From contig JBITNC010000001.1 of NCBI GenBank assembly GCA_050084985.1, positions 2,542,001 through 2,606,000 on the forward strand: DNA of 64,000 bases. The letters run 5' to 3'. Under the pieces are notes generated by a model, which worked only from the letters and a program-made list of their open reading frames with translations, was not told where the DNA came from and did no database searches. Made by a program: the position numbers and the translations under genes. Below are positions 1 through 12,805 of this stretch, piece by piece (the first letter of the stretch is position 1; each line of letters begins with the position of its first letter). This DNA comes from Nageia nagi. Lineage: Eukaryota; Plantae; Pinophyta.

Positions 1-505
1 AATAATGGAGCTTATTATCCATGGTTTATTGATGTCAATATATAGCCTTGGGTTCTCAACAACCGAATCCACAAGGTTTACAAACTTACAAACAAGAAGT
101 TAGAGAATTTATTATTCTCAACAACACTATATATCATAGCCATCTTAGTCCAAGAGAAGTATCTAAACATGGGATACCAATACTCCAAACATAGGTTAAA
201 ACATGCCTAAGATGATAACAAACAAACCCCTAAAATATGAAGATAAAACAAACAGTAACAAGAAAGTTGTTACAAAAACAAACACATTCTGTCTGCACAT
301 TATCATTTTCTCCACACAATGATTAATAGCGATCTTATAGGATCATCGACGATTGGCAAAAATCGGTGAGGATTGTAATCGGTGGCGATCGATGTAATCG
401 GTGGCGATTGATGGCAATCGGTGGCGATCGGTGGCAATCTCTGTCATAGGTGGATTTATTCCAAAACATTGTAAAAACACATATTATGGAGTCAAAACTC
501 CAACA
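1..505 (-). repeat. 3' LTR of copia A1
   Basis: Matches 4728-5241; on the minus strand it begins TGTTGGAG 2 nt after the PPT. Confidence 0.95.
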
Positions 506-3500
506 TGCTCCCCCTTGATGCTGAGGGGACTAACTAGCAAGTCTCTTAGTATCATAAACCGAGTTTTGTTTACCCCCTTGGTAAATAAATCTGCTATATT
601 CTCCTTGGTGTTGATGTGTTCCAAATCAACAATCTTTTTCTCCACCATGTCTCTGATGAAATGGTATTTCATATCAAAATGTTTGGACCTATTGTGATGT
701 ACTGGATTGTTTGCAAGTTGAATTGCACTAGCATTATCACAAAACAACTTAGTAGCATCTCTTTTTTGCTCACGAAGTTCTTCAAGAATCTTTCTCAACC
801 ATAATGCTTGGGTGCTTGCACTTGTGATTGCAATGTATTCTACCTCTGTAGAAGATAGTGCAACAGTTGTTTGCTTCTTAGAACTCCATGTGATTAGTCC
901 TGATCCAATGTTGAAGCAATTTCTAGAAGTAGACTTTCTATCATCAATATTGCTTCCCCAATCTGAATCACTATAGCCAACAAGTTTTACCTTGCTTTCT
1001 TTGTAGTAATGGATGCCAAAACCAATGGTGCCTTTGATGTACCTCATGATCCTCTTGGTAGCCTTCATGTGAGTTTTGGTAGGTTCACTCATGTAGCTAG
1101 AAACAAAAGAAACAGCACATGCAATATCTGGATGAGTATTAGTGAGAAACATAAGACTCCCAACCATACTCCTATATGTGGTGACATCTACCCTTTCACT
1201 ACCATCTTCCTTACTCAATAACTCACCATGAGCAATTAGAGTAGGAACTGGTTTACAATTTTCCATGCCATATTTGGACAACATATCTTTGGCATATTTG
1301 GTTTGACAAATAAAAATTTCACTATCATTTTGATACACTTCCATACCTAGGAAATAATGCATGAGACCTAGGTCTTTCATATCAAACTCTTTCATCATAG
1401 ACTCTTTGAACTCTTCATTCATCCTATCATTACTTCCCATGTAAATCAAATCATCTACATACAAGCATACAATCATAATATCATTACATTTTTTTAAAAT
1501 AAAAGAGAGTAGGCTCACTCTTGCTTTTCACAAGACCATATTGATGAAAGTATCCATCAATCCTTGAGTACCAAGCTCTAGGAGCTTGTTTGAGGCCATA
1601 CAAGGCCTTCTTCAATTTGTAGACCATGTCCTCTTTGCCTTTGATCTCAAATCCTTGAGGTTGTTGTACATATACCTCTTCTTGTATGTATCCATTCAAG
1701 AATGCACTCTTCACATCAAGATGATGCACTCTCCATCCTTTTTGGGCAGCCAAGGATAGAACCAATCTAATTATCTCTTGCCTTGCAACGGGTGCAAAAG
1801 TCTCCTCATAATCGATGCCATACTTTTGAGTGAAACCTTTTGCCACTAGTCTTGCTTTGTGTTTTTGAATAGTTCCATTTGCATTATACTTTGTCTTGTA
1901 GACCCACTTGGAGCCTACTACCTTCTTTCCTTGTGGAAGCTCAACTAGCTCCCAAGTATCATTTTTCTTGATGGATTCCATCTCCTCTTACATTTCTTTC
2001 ATCCACAAATCATTAGTACATGCAATTTCATAACAAGAAGGTTCAACATTAATTATACTCATCAAAGCATAATTTACCACATCACCTTTTGATTCACCAT
2101 CATTGCTATCTCCATACAAGTGCATATTTTGAAGACTATTAACAACACTTTCCATTTCTTTAGCTTGTGCTCTTGTTATTCTTCTACCAAAGTTTTGATC
2201 AAGCATTTATGATGATGGATGATCAATCAAAAATTTCTTATGTTTCTTTAAATTTATTTTTGCTTCCTCCAAAGAACCATCACTAGTGGACTTTGAACTT
2301 GGTGAAGAACATGGGCTAGAATTGGAAGAACTTACTTGATTTCCATCTTGAGGTATCTTTGCTTGCACATTTGGAGAGCCACTATCATTGGAATCACCAT
2401 CCAAATAGTATTTTTGATGACCCCATGCTCCCCCTTCATCAAAAATCACATCTCTAGATACAATAAACTTTTTAGTTTTTGGATTGTACAATCTAAATGC
2501 TTTGGTATTTTCACAATACCCAATAAAGATACATGGTTCACTTTTTGCATCAAGATTTTGCCTATTTTCTTTTGGAACATGAGCATAGGCTAAACAACCA
2601 AAAACTTTTAAATGTGCAACAGTTGGCTTTTTGCCATACCAAGCTTCATATGGTGTCACCCCATCCAAACTAGAGGTAGGACATCTATTCAAGAGATACA
2701 TGGCTGTCCTAATTGCCTCCCCCCAATACATATTTGATAAATTCTTAGTTTGGAGCATACTTCTAGCCATATTATTCAAGTTTCTATTCTTTCTTTCAGC
2801 CACTCCATTTTGTTGTGGTGTATATGCACTTGTTAATTGCCTTTTAATTCCACAATTATTACAAAAAGTGAAGAATTCTTTGGAACAAAATTCACCTCCT
2901 CTATCACTTCTTAAACACTTGATTGCATACCCACTTTCATTTTCCACTTTTATTTTGAATTATTTGAATTTATCAAATGTTTCATCTTTAGTTTTCAAGA
3001 AGTACACCCAACACATTTTTGAAAAATCATCAATGAAAGTGAGGAAGTAGTAGTTCTTACCAAGACTTTGAGTTTGCATAGGTCCACACAAATCACTATG
3101 CACCAATTGTAGGGGATAGGAAGCCCTCCATGCTTGATCTTTTGGAAAGCTTTCTCTTGAATGCTTTCCCAATACACATCCTTCACAAATCTTCTTTGGA
3201 TCATCTACTTTTGGAAGCCCATAAACCATCTCTTGAGAAGCCAATGTTTTCAAACTTGAGAAATTTAAATGCCCATATCTCAAGTGCCACAACCAATTTT
3301 TATTATCAATAGCCACATGTGCAAAATTGGTACCTTGCTCCCCAAATTTGAGAGGGAAAAATCTATTTTTGGTCATTGGAATAGTAGTAACAAGCCTATT
3401 CCCACTATCAAAAATCTTGCAAGCATTCTTTGCAAATAAAAAACTATAATTGTGCTCCACATTTGACCAACACTCAAGAGATTATGCTTCAAATTGGGAA

Positions 3501-4588
3501 TATGATAAACATCCTTTACCTTCTTTGGTGTGCACATCCATAGCTCCAATGCCTTCAACATGCAAGGCTTTATCATCTCCAAGAGTGATCTTGGACTTAT
3601 ATGAGTTATTGATTGAAGAAAATAATTCTCCATTACCAGTCATATGATTGCTACAACTAGTATGAAGAAGCCATGTTTGTCCCATGCTTTGTTCAGATTT
3701 TCCATATGATAAGAAGAGTGAAGAAGGCTCTCCTTCCTCTCCATAGTTTGCACTCTCCTTTGCTTCATTTGCAGCCTTTGTTCTACACTCTCTCTCAAAG
3801 TGTCCATATTTATGGCAATAGTAACATTGCTTGTTACTTTTATCACCTCTTCCATTTCCTCTACCTTGAGGACCTTTTCTTCCTCTTCCTCTACCTCTTC
3901 CATGGCCTTTGGCTTGGCCACTAGTTTCACCCTCTTTGGATGAAAAAGCTTTTTCTTCCATGCCTCCAAGATGTGGAGTTGAAGAAAACCTTTCCTCATG
4001 AGACATTAATGATCCTATGTGCTGATCATAGGTGAGAGTAGATAGATCCTTACTCTCCTCAATCACAATGGAGACTTGGGTACACTTGGGCAAAAGTGTT
4101 CTCAACACCTTTTTAACAATCACCTCATTCTCTACTTCTTCTCCAAGAGCTCTCATTTTGTCTACACAAATCTTGGCTCTCAAACAATAGTCTCCAACCT
4201 TCTCATCTTCTCTCATCTTGAGATTCTCAAACTCCATTTTGAGAGTTTGCAACCTCACTTGCTTGACTTGCTTGCTACCTTCATAGCTCTCCTTCAATAC
4301 TTTCCAAGCTTCTTGGGCTGAAGTGAAACTTGTGATTCTTGGATAAATGGATTCATTTAAGGTAGCTTGAATGAAGTACATTGCCATGTTATTCTTCTTT
4401 TGTGCCTCCTTCAAGGTTTGCTTTTGGGCAGCTGGAACTAGACTCCAATTAGTAGGTTCATCATAGCCTTCTTCTATGATATCCCAATAGCCTTTACCAA
4501 TGAGCAAATGCCTCATTTTGGTAGACCAATAATCATAGTTCTCTCCTTTGAATTCTGGAATTGGAACATTCCCATTAGAATTTGCCAT
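484..4588 (-). pseudogene. gag-pol polyprotein of copia A1, broken by several stops and frameshifts
   Basis: ORF pieces: gag (IPEFKGENYDYW; CYYCHKYGHFEREC knuckle), protease-like WLLHTSCSNHM, integrase (WHLRYGH..CEGC, SDRGGEF, PQQNGVAER), RT (KARLVAKG, YVDD), RNase H (SDSDW, DN, ADLFTK). Confidence 0.95.
508..516 (-). other. Polypurine tract of copia A1
   Basis: Minus strand AAGGGGGAG next to the 3' LTR start. Confidence 0.9.
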
Positions 4589-4705
4589 TGCTACAATCAC
4601 AATTGACAATCTTCTTCCAAGAGTTGTTGGATCCTCCTCAATTGAAGCTTTCAAAACTTCATACAAGTCACCTCACTCACTACTCAATCCCAATAGATTG
4701 AACCA

Positions 4706-4717
4706 GCTCTGATACCA
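4706..4717 (-). other. Primer binding site (tRNA-iMet) of copia A1
   Basis: Minus strand TGGTATCAGAGC 3 nt after the 5' LTR CA end. Confidence 0.95.
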
Positions 4718-4720
4718 CAA

Positions 4721-5241
4721 TGAGAGAAATAATGGAGCTTACTATCCATGGTTTATTGATGTCAATATATAGCCTTGGGTTCTCAACAACCGAATCCACA
4801 AGGTTTACAAACTTACAAATAAGAAGTTAGAGAATTTACTATTCTCAACAACACTACATATCATAGCCATCTTAGTCCAAGAGAAGTAGCTAAACATGGA
4901 TAATAATACTCCAAACATAGCTTAAAACATGCCTAAGATGATAACAAACAAACCCCTAAAATATGAAGACAAAACAAATAGTAACAAGAAAGTTGTTACA
5001 AAAACAAACACATTCTATCCGCACACTGTCATTTTCTCCACATAGTGATTGACAACGATCATATAGGATCATCGATGATCGGTGACGATTGTAATCGATG
5101 GCGATCGGTGCAATTGGTGGTGATCGACAGCGATCGGTGGCAATTGGTGGCGATCGACGGTGATCGGTGGCGATCTCTGTCATAGGCAGATTTATTCCAG
5201 AACATTGTAAAAACACATATTATGGAGTCAAAACTCCAATA
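4721..5241 (-). repeat. 5' LTR of copia A1
   Basis: Direct repeat of 1-505; outer terminus reads TA instead of TG. Confidence 0.95.
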
Positions 5242-5246
5242 GAAAT

Positions 5247-7294
5247 ATTATGTTTTCTTCCTAACCATGCCTTAAAAGGAGTTTTACTTTGAACAATTTT
5301 TATGGGACATCTATTCAAAGTGTAAATGGAATTGCTTACAGTATCACCTCACAAGAATTTAGAAATATTACCAACATGCATCTAGCCATCTCCATAATTA
5401 TTCTATTTTTTCTTTCAGCAACAACATTCTAGTGAGGAGTGTAAGGAATCATAAATTGCTTCTTAATTCCATACTTAACACAATAGTTATTGAACTCATT
5501 GCTATTATATTCTCCTCCATTATCAAATATCAATATCTTGATTTTAATTTTAGTCTAATTTTCAACAAAGGCCTTAAAAACCTTAAACCTCCCAAAGGTT
5601 TGATCCATGTGCTCAAGTAGATACCCAAAGGTCATCCTACTAAAGTCATCAATGAAATTCAAGACATAAGATGCTCCTCCAAGTGACTTAGTTTAAAATG
5701 GACCCATAAAATCTAAATGCACAAGTTGAAGAGGTTGAGATGCTCTTATTGCCTTATCTTTTTCAAACTTTTATCTATGCATCTTGCCAAGAATGCACTT
5801 CTTGCATAGATCTACTGAAGAAGAAATTGAAAGCAAACCTTTCAAAAGTTCTTGGTCTTTCATGAATTGAATACTTTTGTGGTTAAGATGACCTAAATGA
5901 TGATGCTAAATATTACCTTTAGAACACACATTAGAAGTAAGATGTATCTTTGATGGTACTTGATCCATAATGTATAGGTATCTTTCACTAATCCTTGAAC
6001 TAAAGTGGCAATTCCTTTCTCAATGCACTAGGATTGAGATTCAAACTCAAAAGAGTACCTTTTTTAGCAACTTGGATCATGGAGAAAAGGTTCATCCTTA
6101 ACTTAGGAATATAGAGAAATTTTTAAGAATCTTTCCATGAATTAACACACTTCTAATTACTTGAAATTCAAGGGTAGAGTTATCACCTATCAGAAATGCA
6201 TCCTTATTATACTTGTGAAAGTTCTTAAACTTTTCCTTTTCAAAGTATAGGTGATTAGTGTAACCAGAATCAACGATCCATTTGGATAAAAAAGTGCAAG
6301 ACATGGAGTAGAGTGCCATAGCAAAACCAGCATGAGTATTTTTCTTTCCTTTATAGCTCTTTATATTTCTATTACCTTTATACTTTTCCTCTCTTTTCTT
6401 TTTATAACAATCAACTTATTTGTGACTTTGAATGCCACAATAGTTATAATTGCCATCAAATTTTTTCTTAGGATAAGGAGTGTTTGCTTTGCCTTTTTCA
6501 TCTCTTTACTTAAAGTGATTGTTGTTTCCATTGTTCTTACTACTGTGATTGTTGTTTCTATTATCTCTACTATTGTTGTAGCCACTAATTCTTTTCTCAA
6601 ACCTTTTGGAGGAAGAAGGATAAGATTTATTTTGATATTTGAACTTCTTCTTGAAAGGAATTTTGGTTGCTCTAAGAGCAACATTATTATCCTTAGGATA
6701 AGAAATCAACCCTTTATTGTTAAAGGTTTCCTCATGCTTCAATAGGTGCCTTGAAAGGTTTATAAGGGATATGAATTATTCTTCTTCATCAAACATTATT
6801 TCCATAACTATTATAAAGTTTCCAAATTTTGAAGAGAGGATTTGAAGAATGATAAAGACCATGAACTCATCATTGATCTAATTTCACCCATAAGCAATAA
6901 GTTGGGTCCTTAGGTCAATGATTTTGTTCAAGTAGATACCCACATTTTCATCTTCCATTTGATGATATTGAAGCAACTTTTGGAGAATGGTAAACCTTCT
7001 TGAAAATTTTGAACCAAGGTAGATTTACTTTAGCTTATCCCATGCTTCCTTTGCTAAGGTTAAAGAAGATATCATCAGTAGCACATCATCTAAAATTGCA
7101 TGATAAATCATTAAGGTTGCTAACTCGTTCTTTATATTGTAAGCTTCTAGTGCCTTCTCATCTATAAGAGGTACAAGGTTCTCATTCACTATTTGGCATA
7201 GCTTCTTTGCTTGCAATTTAGCTCTCATCCAAGGTTCCCAAATCCCATAGTTGGATCCATCAAGTATGTGTTTGGGTAAAAAGGATTCTCCCAT
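5247..7294 (-). pseudogene. Degenerate gag-protease-integrase of copia B1
   Basis: ORF fragments 7025-7294, 6506-6742, 6098-6319; colinear with 58100-59550 of B2. Confidence 0.85.
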
Positions 7295-8219
7295 TTACTA
7301 CACAAAAATATGAAATAATAAGCATGTGGTTTAATAAACAATATTAAATATTAAGTTTTAATCAAGTAAATAATACATGTTACATTTAACACTAAAGACA
7401 TACTTGATTTGATTCATAAGTGCAAATATTTTACAATTCAAATAATAACCCATGTACCCAAATACATATCTCATCTCAAGAATCATAGATGTAGAGTGAC
7501 ATTGTTGAGGCTTGTTTTCTTGCCTAAAATTAGGCCTTCACCTGGATACCCACACAAGAGGAGCCCAAGTCCTACCAATTCTCAACTAGTTCCCCTTGGA
7601 CAATAATATACTCTCACAAGGAGAAGTACTAGCTATTTTTTAAGGTTTTGATATTTATTGGATCGACCAAATTATTAATCTTGATTAGGTTTTAAGTTTT
7701 CCTTATAAATTATTAGGATAATCCCTAAATGGATGTGCAGACATGTGGTATCATTACACACATGCCTATCCACCTAATAAAGTTATGTAGATACCAATAG
7801 AGGACTTAGAGGCAATTAAGAAATACAAACTTTTCATCACTTGGATCATTAGAGTTAAAGGCTCCAATCCACCTGTCCTCACCTCATGGCTCCCCAAACA
7901 AGTGATGTTACGAAATGTACATGCAGATGTGTTTATTTTAGGGAGTTGTTCATATCAATGTTTGCATTTTTATTTGCATAAGTAAATAAAGCAAAATTAC
8001 TAAACATGAAGTAAAAGATCATAAGTAAACAAACATCATCCATTAATAGCTTGGAACCTTTAAGAGTCCAATGGGTTTTGTTTACTAACCCCTAAAGGAC
8101 ATCTTTACATAGGTCCATATCTTGCACAAGTTAACTTTGCATAAAGGATACATCAATTTTCATAATTTGTACAAATCCAATAAATTTGCATAAATAAATG
8201 CTTTAGCATGTACCATTTC

Positions 8220-8800
8220 ATAACTTTAACTTAAGTAATAAGCATGCATCTTAAAAAGAATTTTAAGCAAGTATCATCCTAATTAATTTGCATAAGTTTA
8301 ACTTTGCATAAATACTTAGACATAAGCATGCATCTTAAATAAGTTTTAAGCATGTATAAAATTTAAGTATTAAGCATATGCATTATTAACTTAAATAAGC
8401 ATGCATTATAACTTTAAAAATTAAGTACTAATAATGCACTTAACTTAAAAATTAAGTACTAAGCATACATTTAACTTAAAAATTAAGTACTAAGCATGCA
8501 TTTATTATTTTTAGCATAAGTACTAATCTTAATCATACATCATTTTCCAGTCCATATTTGCATAAGGAAGTAAATTGCATCATAACTTAAGTTTTTAAGT
8601 AATAAGCATGTATTATTGACTTAAAAAATCTAAGTCCTATGCATGCACTATTAGCTTAAAATTTTAAGTTCTAAGCATTTAACTTTAAAAATTTAAGTAA
8701 AACATGCATCATTAACTTAAAAAAAAATAAGTCCTAAGTATGTACCATTAACTTAAATTGCATTTATCTATCACTTTGCAAAAAAAATACTTAGCATGCA
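8220..8800. repeat. Degenerate AT-rich tandem repeat, about 30-bp unit (TAAGCATGCATT..AACTTAAAAATTAAGTAC)
   Basis: More than 10 recognisable units, best conserved at 8410-8500. Confidence 0.75.
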
Positions 8801-10385
8801 TAAAAAATTAAGAAGTATGCATTATCATTTTTACATAAGTTATGAAAAATAGATATGCAATATATATATATATAAATTTTGGGCAACAAGGACTCATAGA
8901 TACTTAAGAAAATTTTACCTTATATATATAAAAAAAAATGTTCAAGTTATACTAAAAATTTATTTTAAATTTTCTAGGCAAAATTAAATACACCATCATT
9001 AAATACACTCTACTTTAAATCAGAGTGCATTAAATATGTAGGACCAAGGAATGATAATAGGCATTTAATTTTGAAGTTTGGAGTTTACTCTAACTCAAAA
9101 AAAAAAGGTACTTTTACTTCTACAGATAGCAAAAAAAGACAAGGTTTAATAATGAAAGGCATATGGTTGATAGACATAGATGGAAAAAAAAAAAGGCATT
9201 CATTAAGGGAGATAAGAAAGATACCCCTTCAAGCAACATCAACAAACAAGGCAAGGAGATTAAATAAATAAAAAAGAGAAGTAGAGCTAGCATAGGAGCA
9301 GAGAAATGGCACAAGAGGTTGCATGGAAGGAATGACAAATAAAGGAGGCCAAAGTTGCATGTGAAGGAGGGAGAAGCCCTTTTTTCTATAGCCTACGAGT
9401 GGAATGGAGGCTAATCACAAGGGTTAAAAAATGTGAGGAGGGCCATAGGAGTATTAGGGTTCATTGGTGGGAGACATTGATTAAGCAAAGTGGAGGAGAT
9501 AGCAAGGGGCTACATAATAGCCAATCAGTTCATTTTGTAGATGTTTGAAATGCAAAGGGGGATGATTTTCAGAGGTCCATAGAAGGTGGAGAAGTCAAAC
9601 CATTGAGGGTTTAAGAAGGTCCACACTAGAAAACAAAGCAACCACACAGTAAACAATCATGTAATTGCTAAGAGAGAGGGCTAATAGATATGACATGGGG
9701 TTTCATCACTAAAATAGTCCACCTGGAAGGAATGCAAGGAGAGTGCCATCATAGAAGTGTGCCAAAGTTATAGAGATGAGGCCACTAGAAGAAGTCAAAT
9801 CCCCTAAAAACATTAGATAGATGAAATCCTCTCATGAGGTCTAAGCCAGCATGCATGGGGTGCAAGGAGGTAGAGAAGTAGATGGAGGAGAGAATAGGGA
9901 GCAATGGCAATGGCATCCTTGCTTAGTCAACACTTATATATTATTGTAATAATTTTTGAATAGTGAGATACTGAAGACATTCAAACTATGTATAAGTATT
10001 TAAAAAAATAACCACCTTTTTCATTGTGCCACCAACCAACACTTTGTAATATTGCAAAAAGAAAAAATTGAATGTACATATTTGCTATAAAAGTTGGCCT
10101 ATTTTTATTCGATTATACAAAAAGAACACTAAAAGGAAACTTTTGTAATATTACACAAATTTTGTATACTAACCCTTTTAAAAAAAATATAGCAATTTTT
10201 TTTTTCAAATTGCAAGTAACATAGGAGGTTAGTATTAAAAAAAATACATCATTTTAGAATTTTGTTAGCCATATTTGCTTTAAAAAAAAATAACTAACAT
10301 ATAGTAAATAATATATTAGTAGCATAATGGAATAAAAAAAATTTATAATTATTCAAGAAACTTTTATATTAAGATATATACTCCC

Positions 10386-10389
<4 letters not shown>

Positions 10390-10426
<37 letters not shown>

Positions 10427-10446
10427 TATATATATATAATATATAT
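10390..10446. repeat. (TA)n microsatellite
   Basis: Perfect run 10390-10422 with an imperfect tail. Confidence 0.95.
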
Positions 10447-10836
10447 TAAAGGAAATACAACCCTTTTTTTAAGTAGAAAATTTATAAAATACAAAACAAA
10501 AATATCTCTTTCATTAAAGATATAATATATATATTTTTTTATAAAACCAAATTGTATACTATCCTCTTAAATAGTAAATATATCAAAGTAAATTGCAATT
10601 ATCATAAGAGGTCAATATAAATTAAAATATATATATATATATATTGCTATTTTAACTATAAAAAAAAGGTTAACATATCTCATAAAATATATTAGCATTT
10701 TAATGAATATAATCCCAAAAAAAGGTTATACCTTCTCAAATTTTTACATCACAAGGTTGTAGATGAAAGAAGAGGACTTCTAAGTTGAAGAAGGATGAGA
10801 AACCTCCAAGATGAAGAAGAAGAGCTTTCACACCAA

Positions 10837-10848
10837 GCTCTGATACCA
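10837..10848 (-). other. PBS (tRNA-iMet) of copia B1
   Basis: Minus strand TGGTATCAGAGC adjacent to the LTR. Confidence 0.9.
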
Positions 10849-10851
10849 AAA

Positions 10852-11355
10852 TAAAGGAACTAACACTATCAAGATAATTCCTAAACAACCAAGAGCACAT
10901 GAAAGCTCTCAAATTCACATTTAACAAATTCATACATAAGACAATCTCACAAAGTAACTCAATATGTAAAGTGGTTCCTCCAACTAGGAGTACATCCACT
11001 AACTATATCTTTACTTCATTCACAAATATAACTCTCTTACAATCCTCCTAATCTCAACTCCTACACTTATATCCTATAGCATAACTTTACTCCACAATTG
11101 GTGTGTGATCACAAAGAGGGAGCCTCTATTTATAGGCCAAAATCCCTCTTTGGATCACCCTTTTATCCAATATACAAAAGTATGACATGCACATCCTTTT
11201 ACCCAAGGGACATGCTCATGAATTGGAGTTTAGGACAAGTTACATTATCATATTCACTTAAATACTTAAGGTATGAAATGATACCCTTAAGTATTAGTGA
11301 ATTTACATAGAAGATTTAATACAACCTTTACAATAATGCATTGTACATTCCAACA
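10852..11355 (-). repeat. 5' LTR of copia B1
   Basis: Starts TGTTGGAATGT on minus; shares blocks (ATGTAAAGTGGTT.CTCCAACTA, ATTTATAGGCCAAAATCC, GATACCCTTAAGT) with the other family-B LTRs. Confidence 0.88.
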
Positions 11356-12805
11356 ATGTAGTGGTGGAAAATTATCATCAGATATGAAGCTAGTAATTTG
11401 TATAATAATACCATTCACATAACTCAATTGATAGCATCAAAAATCCACTCAGGTGTGTAAGGTTGAGGCTAATGAATATGACCAAGTAAATATGGTAGGA
11501 GTTCAATCAAGCTCAAGTGCTTAATGAGACTATCATGCCAAGATAAATATGAATTCAAATACATGTAAGAATTAAATGGAAGTAGTAAAAAATCCCATGT
11601 GAGATCCTCCATGGTGACCTACAAAGACACCATGTAATCATCAAATTATGAAAAGTCACCAATGAAAAATACCTTTACCAATTTGTCTCACAAAAGAAGA
11701 GTGAGAAGATAAGTTGAAAAAGAAAATATATGCAAGGATAGTATAACTCAAAAAAACTTCATAAGCACAAAGATTTGGTTTCCACCTACGTAAAACACAA
11801 TGGGATAAAAATAAGGATTCAAAAGTATGAACAAATAAATGAAAGAGGATAAATGGGACTTTATAAAGTTATTCGGTAGGATGCAAAACTACTAAGAATG
11901 CATTGATCCCCAAAAAAATATACCTTCACCACCTTGCCCCTCATAAATTATTCCTTCAAATTCTTACAAGTAGATCCACTATAAAGACCTTTGAGTCTAC
12001 TTTGTAATGCAAAAAATGACACTCAAAATAGGGTTTGTATGCTCAATTTATGCAATTTACTTGATTGAGGATAAAATTTAAATTTTGTGCCCCCAAACTT
12101 TTGAAACTTATTTAAATTAAAATTAGTTAATTTAATTAATAAATTAAAGTATAGAGTTTCAAACTAATATTTGGGGTAATTGGTGATGCTAAAATAGGTT
12201 ATGCAAGTACTCAAAATGATCAAGATGAAGAGAAGGACTCTTTAAAGGTAATGGAATGATGATTAAATCTTTGATGGTTCAATTGTGGTAAAAAAGATCA
12301 TTGAAAGTGTAAGAATACCAAAACAAAATCTAAAAACTTAAAAAATAGCAATCTAGTTAGTAATATAGTTAGTAAAGAGGCCAAGAAAGATTCCTAGTCA
12401 GTAGCAATCCACATGTGGGACCCACATTAGTATATAGAAAATAGTTTTTAGGAAACCTCAGCATACAAATGAGCAATCCACATCATCACTAGTGGATCCC
12501 ACTAGCACCTCAAAATGCATGTGATGATTACATAGATGAGTTGGTAGATTTAGTGGATAAAGGTGATAAGCATCCATGTTGGTTAGGTCCAAAGATATTC
12601 ACCACCACCAAGTACGTGAACAAGGAACGATAGTTGTTAGAATAACTTCACAACAAATCAACAAGCTTGCATAAAGGAGTCAAGGAAGCCAAAGAGCATT
12701 AAGAAATCCAAACTAGTAGGAGCACATGAGGAGTTGCCATTATTTCATGAAAGAAATATGCAAAAGTAATAGTACTATTCAATTCACCTTTCCCAATGTC
12801 TCCAA

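Larger units (their letters stand above)
1..5241 (-). mobile_element. Ty1/copia LTR retrotransposon, family A copy 1 (near full length, inactivated; youngest element in window)
   Basis: Two about 95% identical LTRs (1-505, 4721-5241), tRNA-iMet PBS, PPT, and gag-PR-IN-RT-RH domain order. The window starts 7 nt inside the 3' LTR, so the TSD (right flank GAAAT, 5242-5246) cannot be verified. Confidence 0.96.
5242..11355 (-). mobile_element. Ty1/copia family B copy 1 (5' half; interrupted in integrase by A1)
   Basis: LTR 10852-11355 homologous to 54962-55489 and 26758-27212; PBS 10837-10848; degenerate gag (LDGSNYGIW), protease (WIVDSG), and integrase up to ..KTPFKAWLGRK.. at the A1 junction. 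Confidence 0.8.

Noticed and set aside
4706-4717. tRNA gene
   Set aside because: Only the 12-nt PBS complement is present; no tRNA or rRNA gene was recognised anywhere in the window.
401-5216. Plus-strand and alternative-frame ORFs over A1 (e.g. 401-697, 2631-3050, 4956-5216)
   Set aside because: These are shadows of the pol frame or of the LTR minisatellite.
10499-10507. Full evening element AAAATATCT (also near 22677)
   Set aside because: It lies in very AT-rich transposon DNA far from the promoter and is expected by chance.
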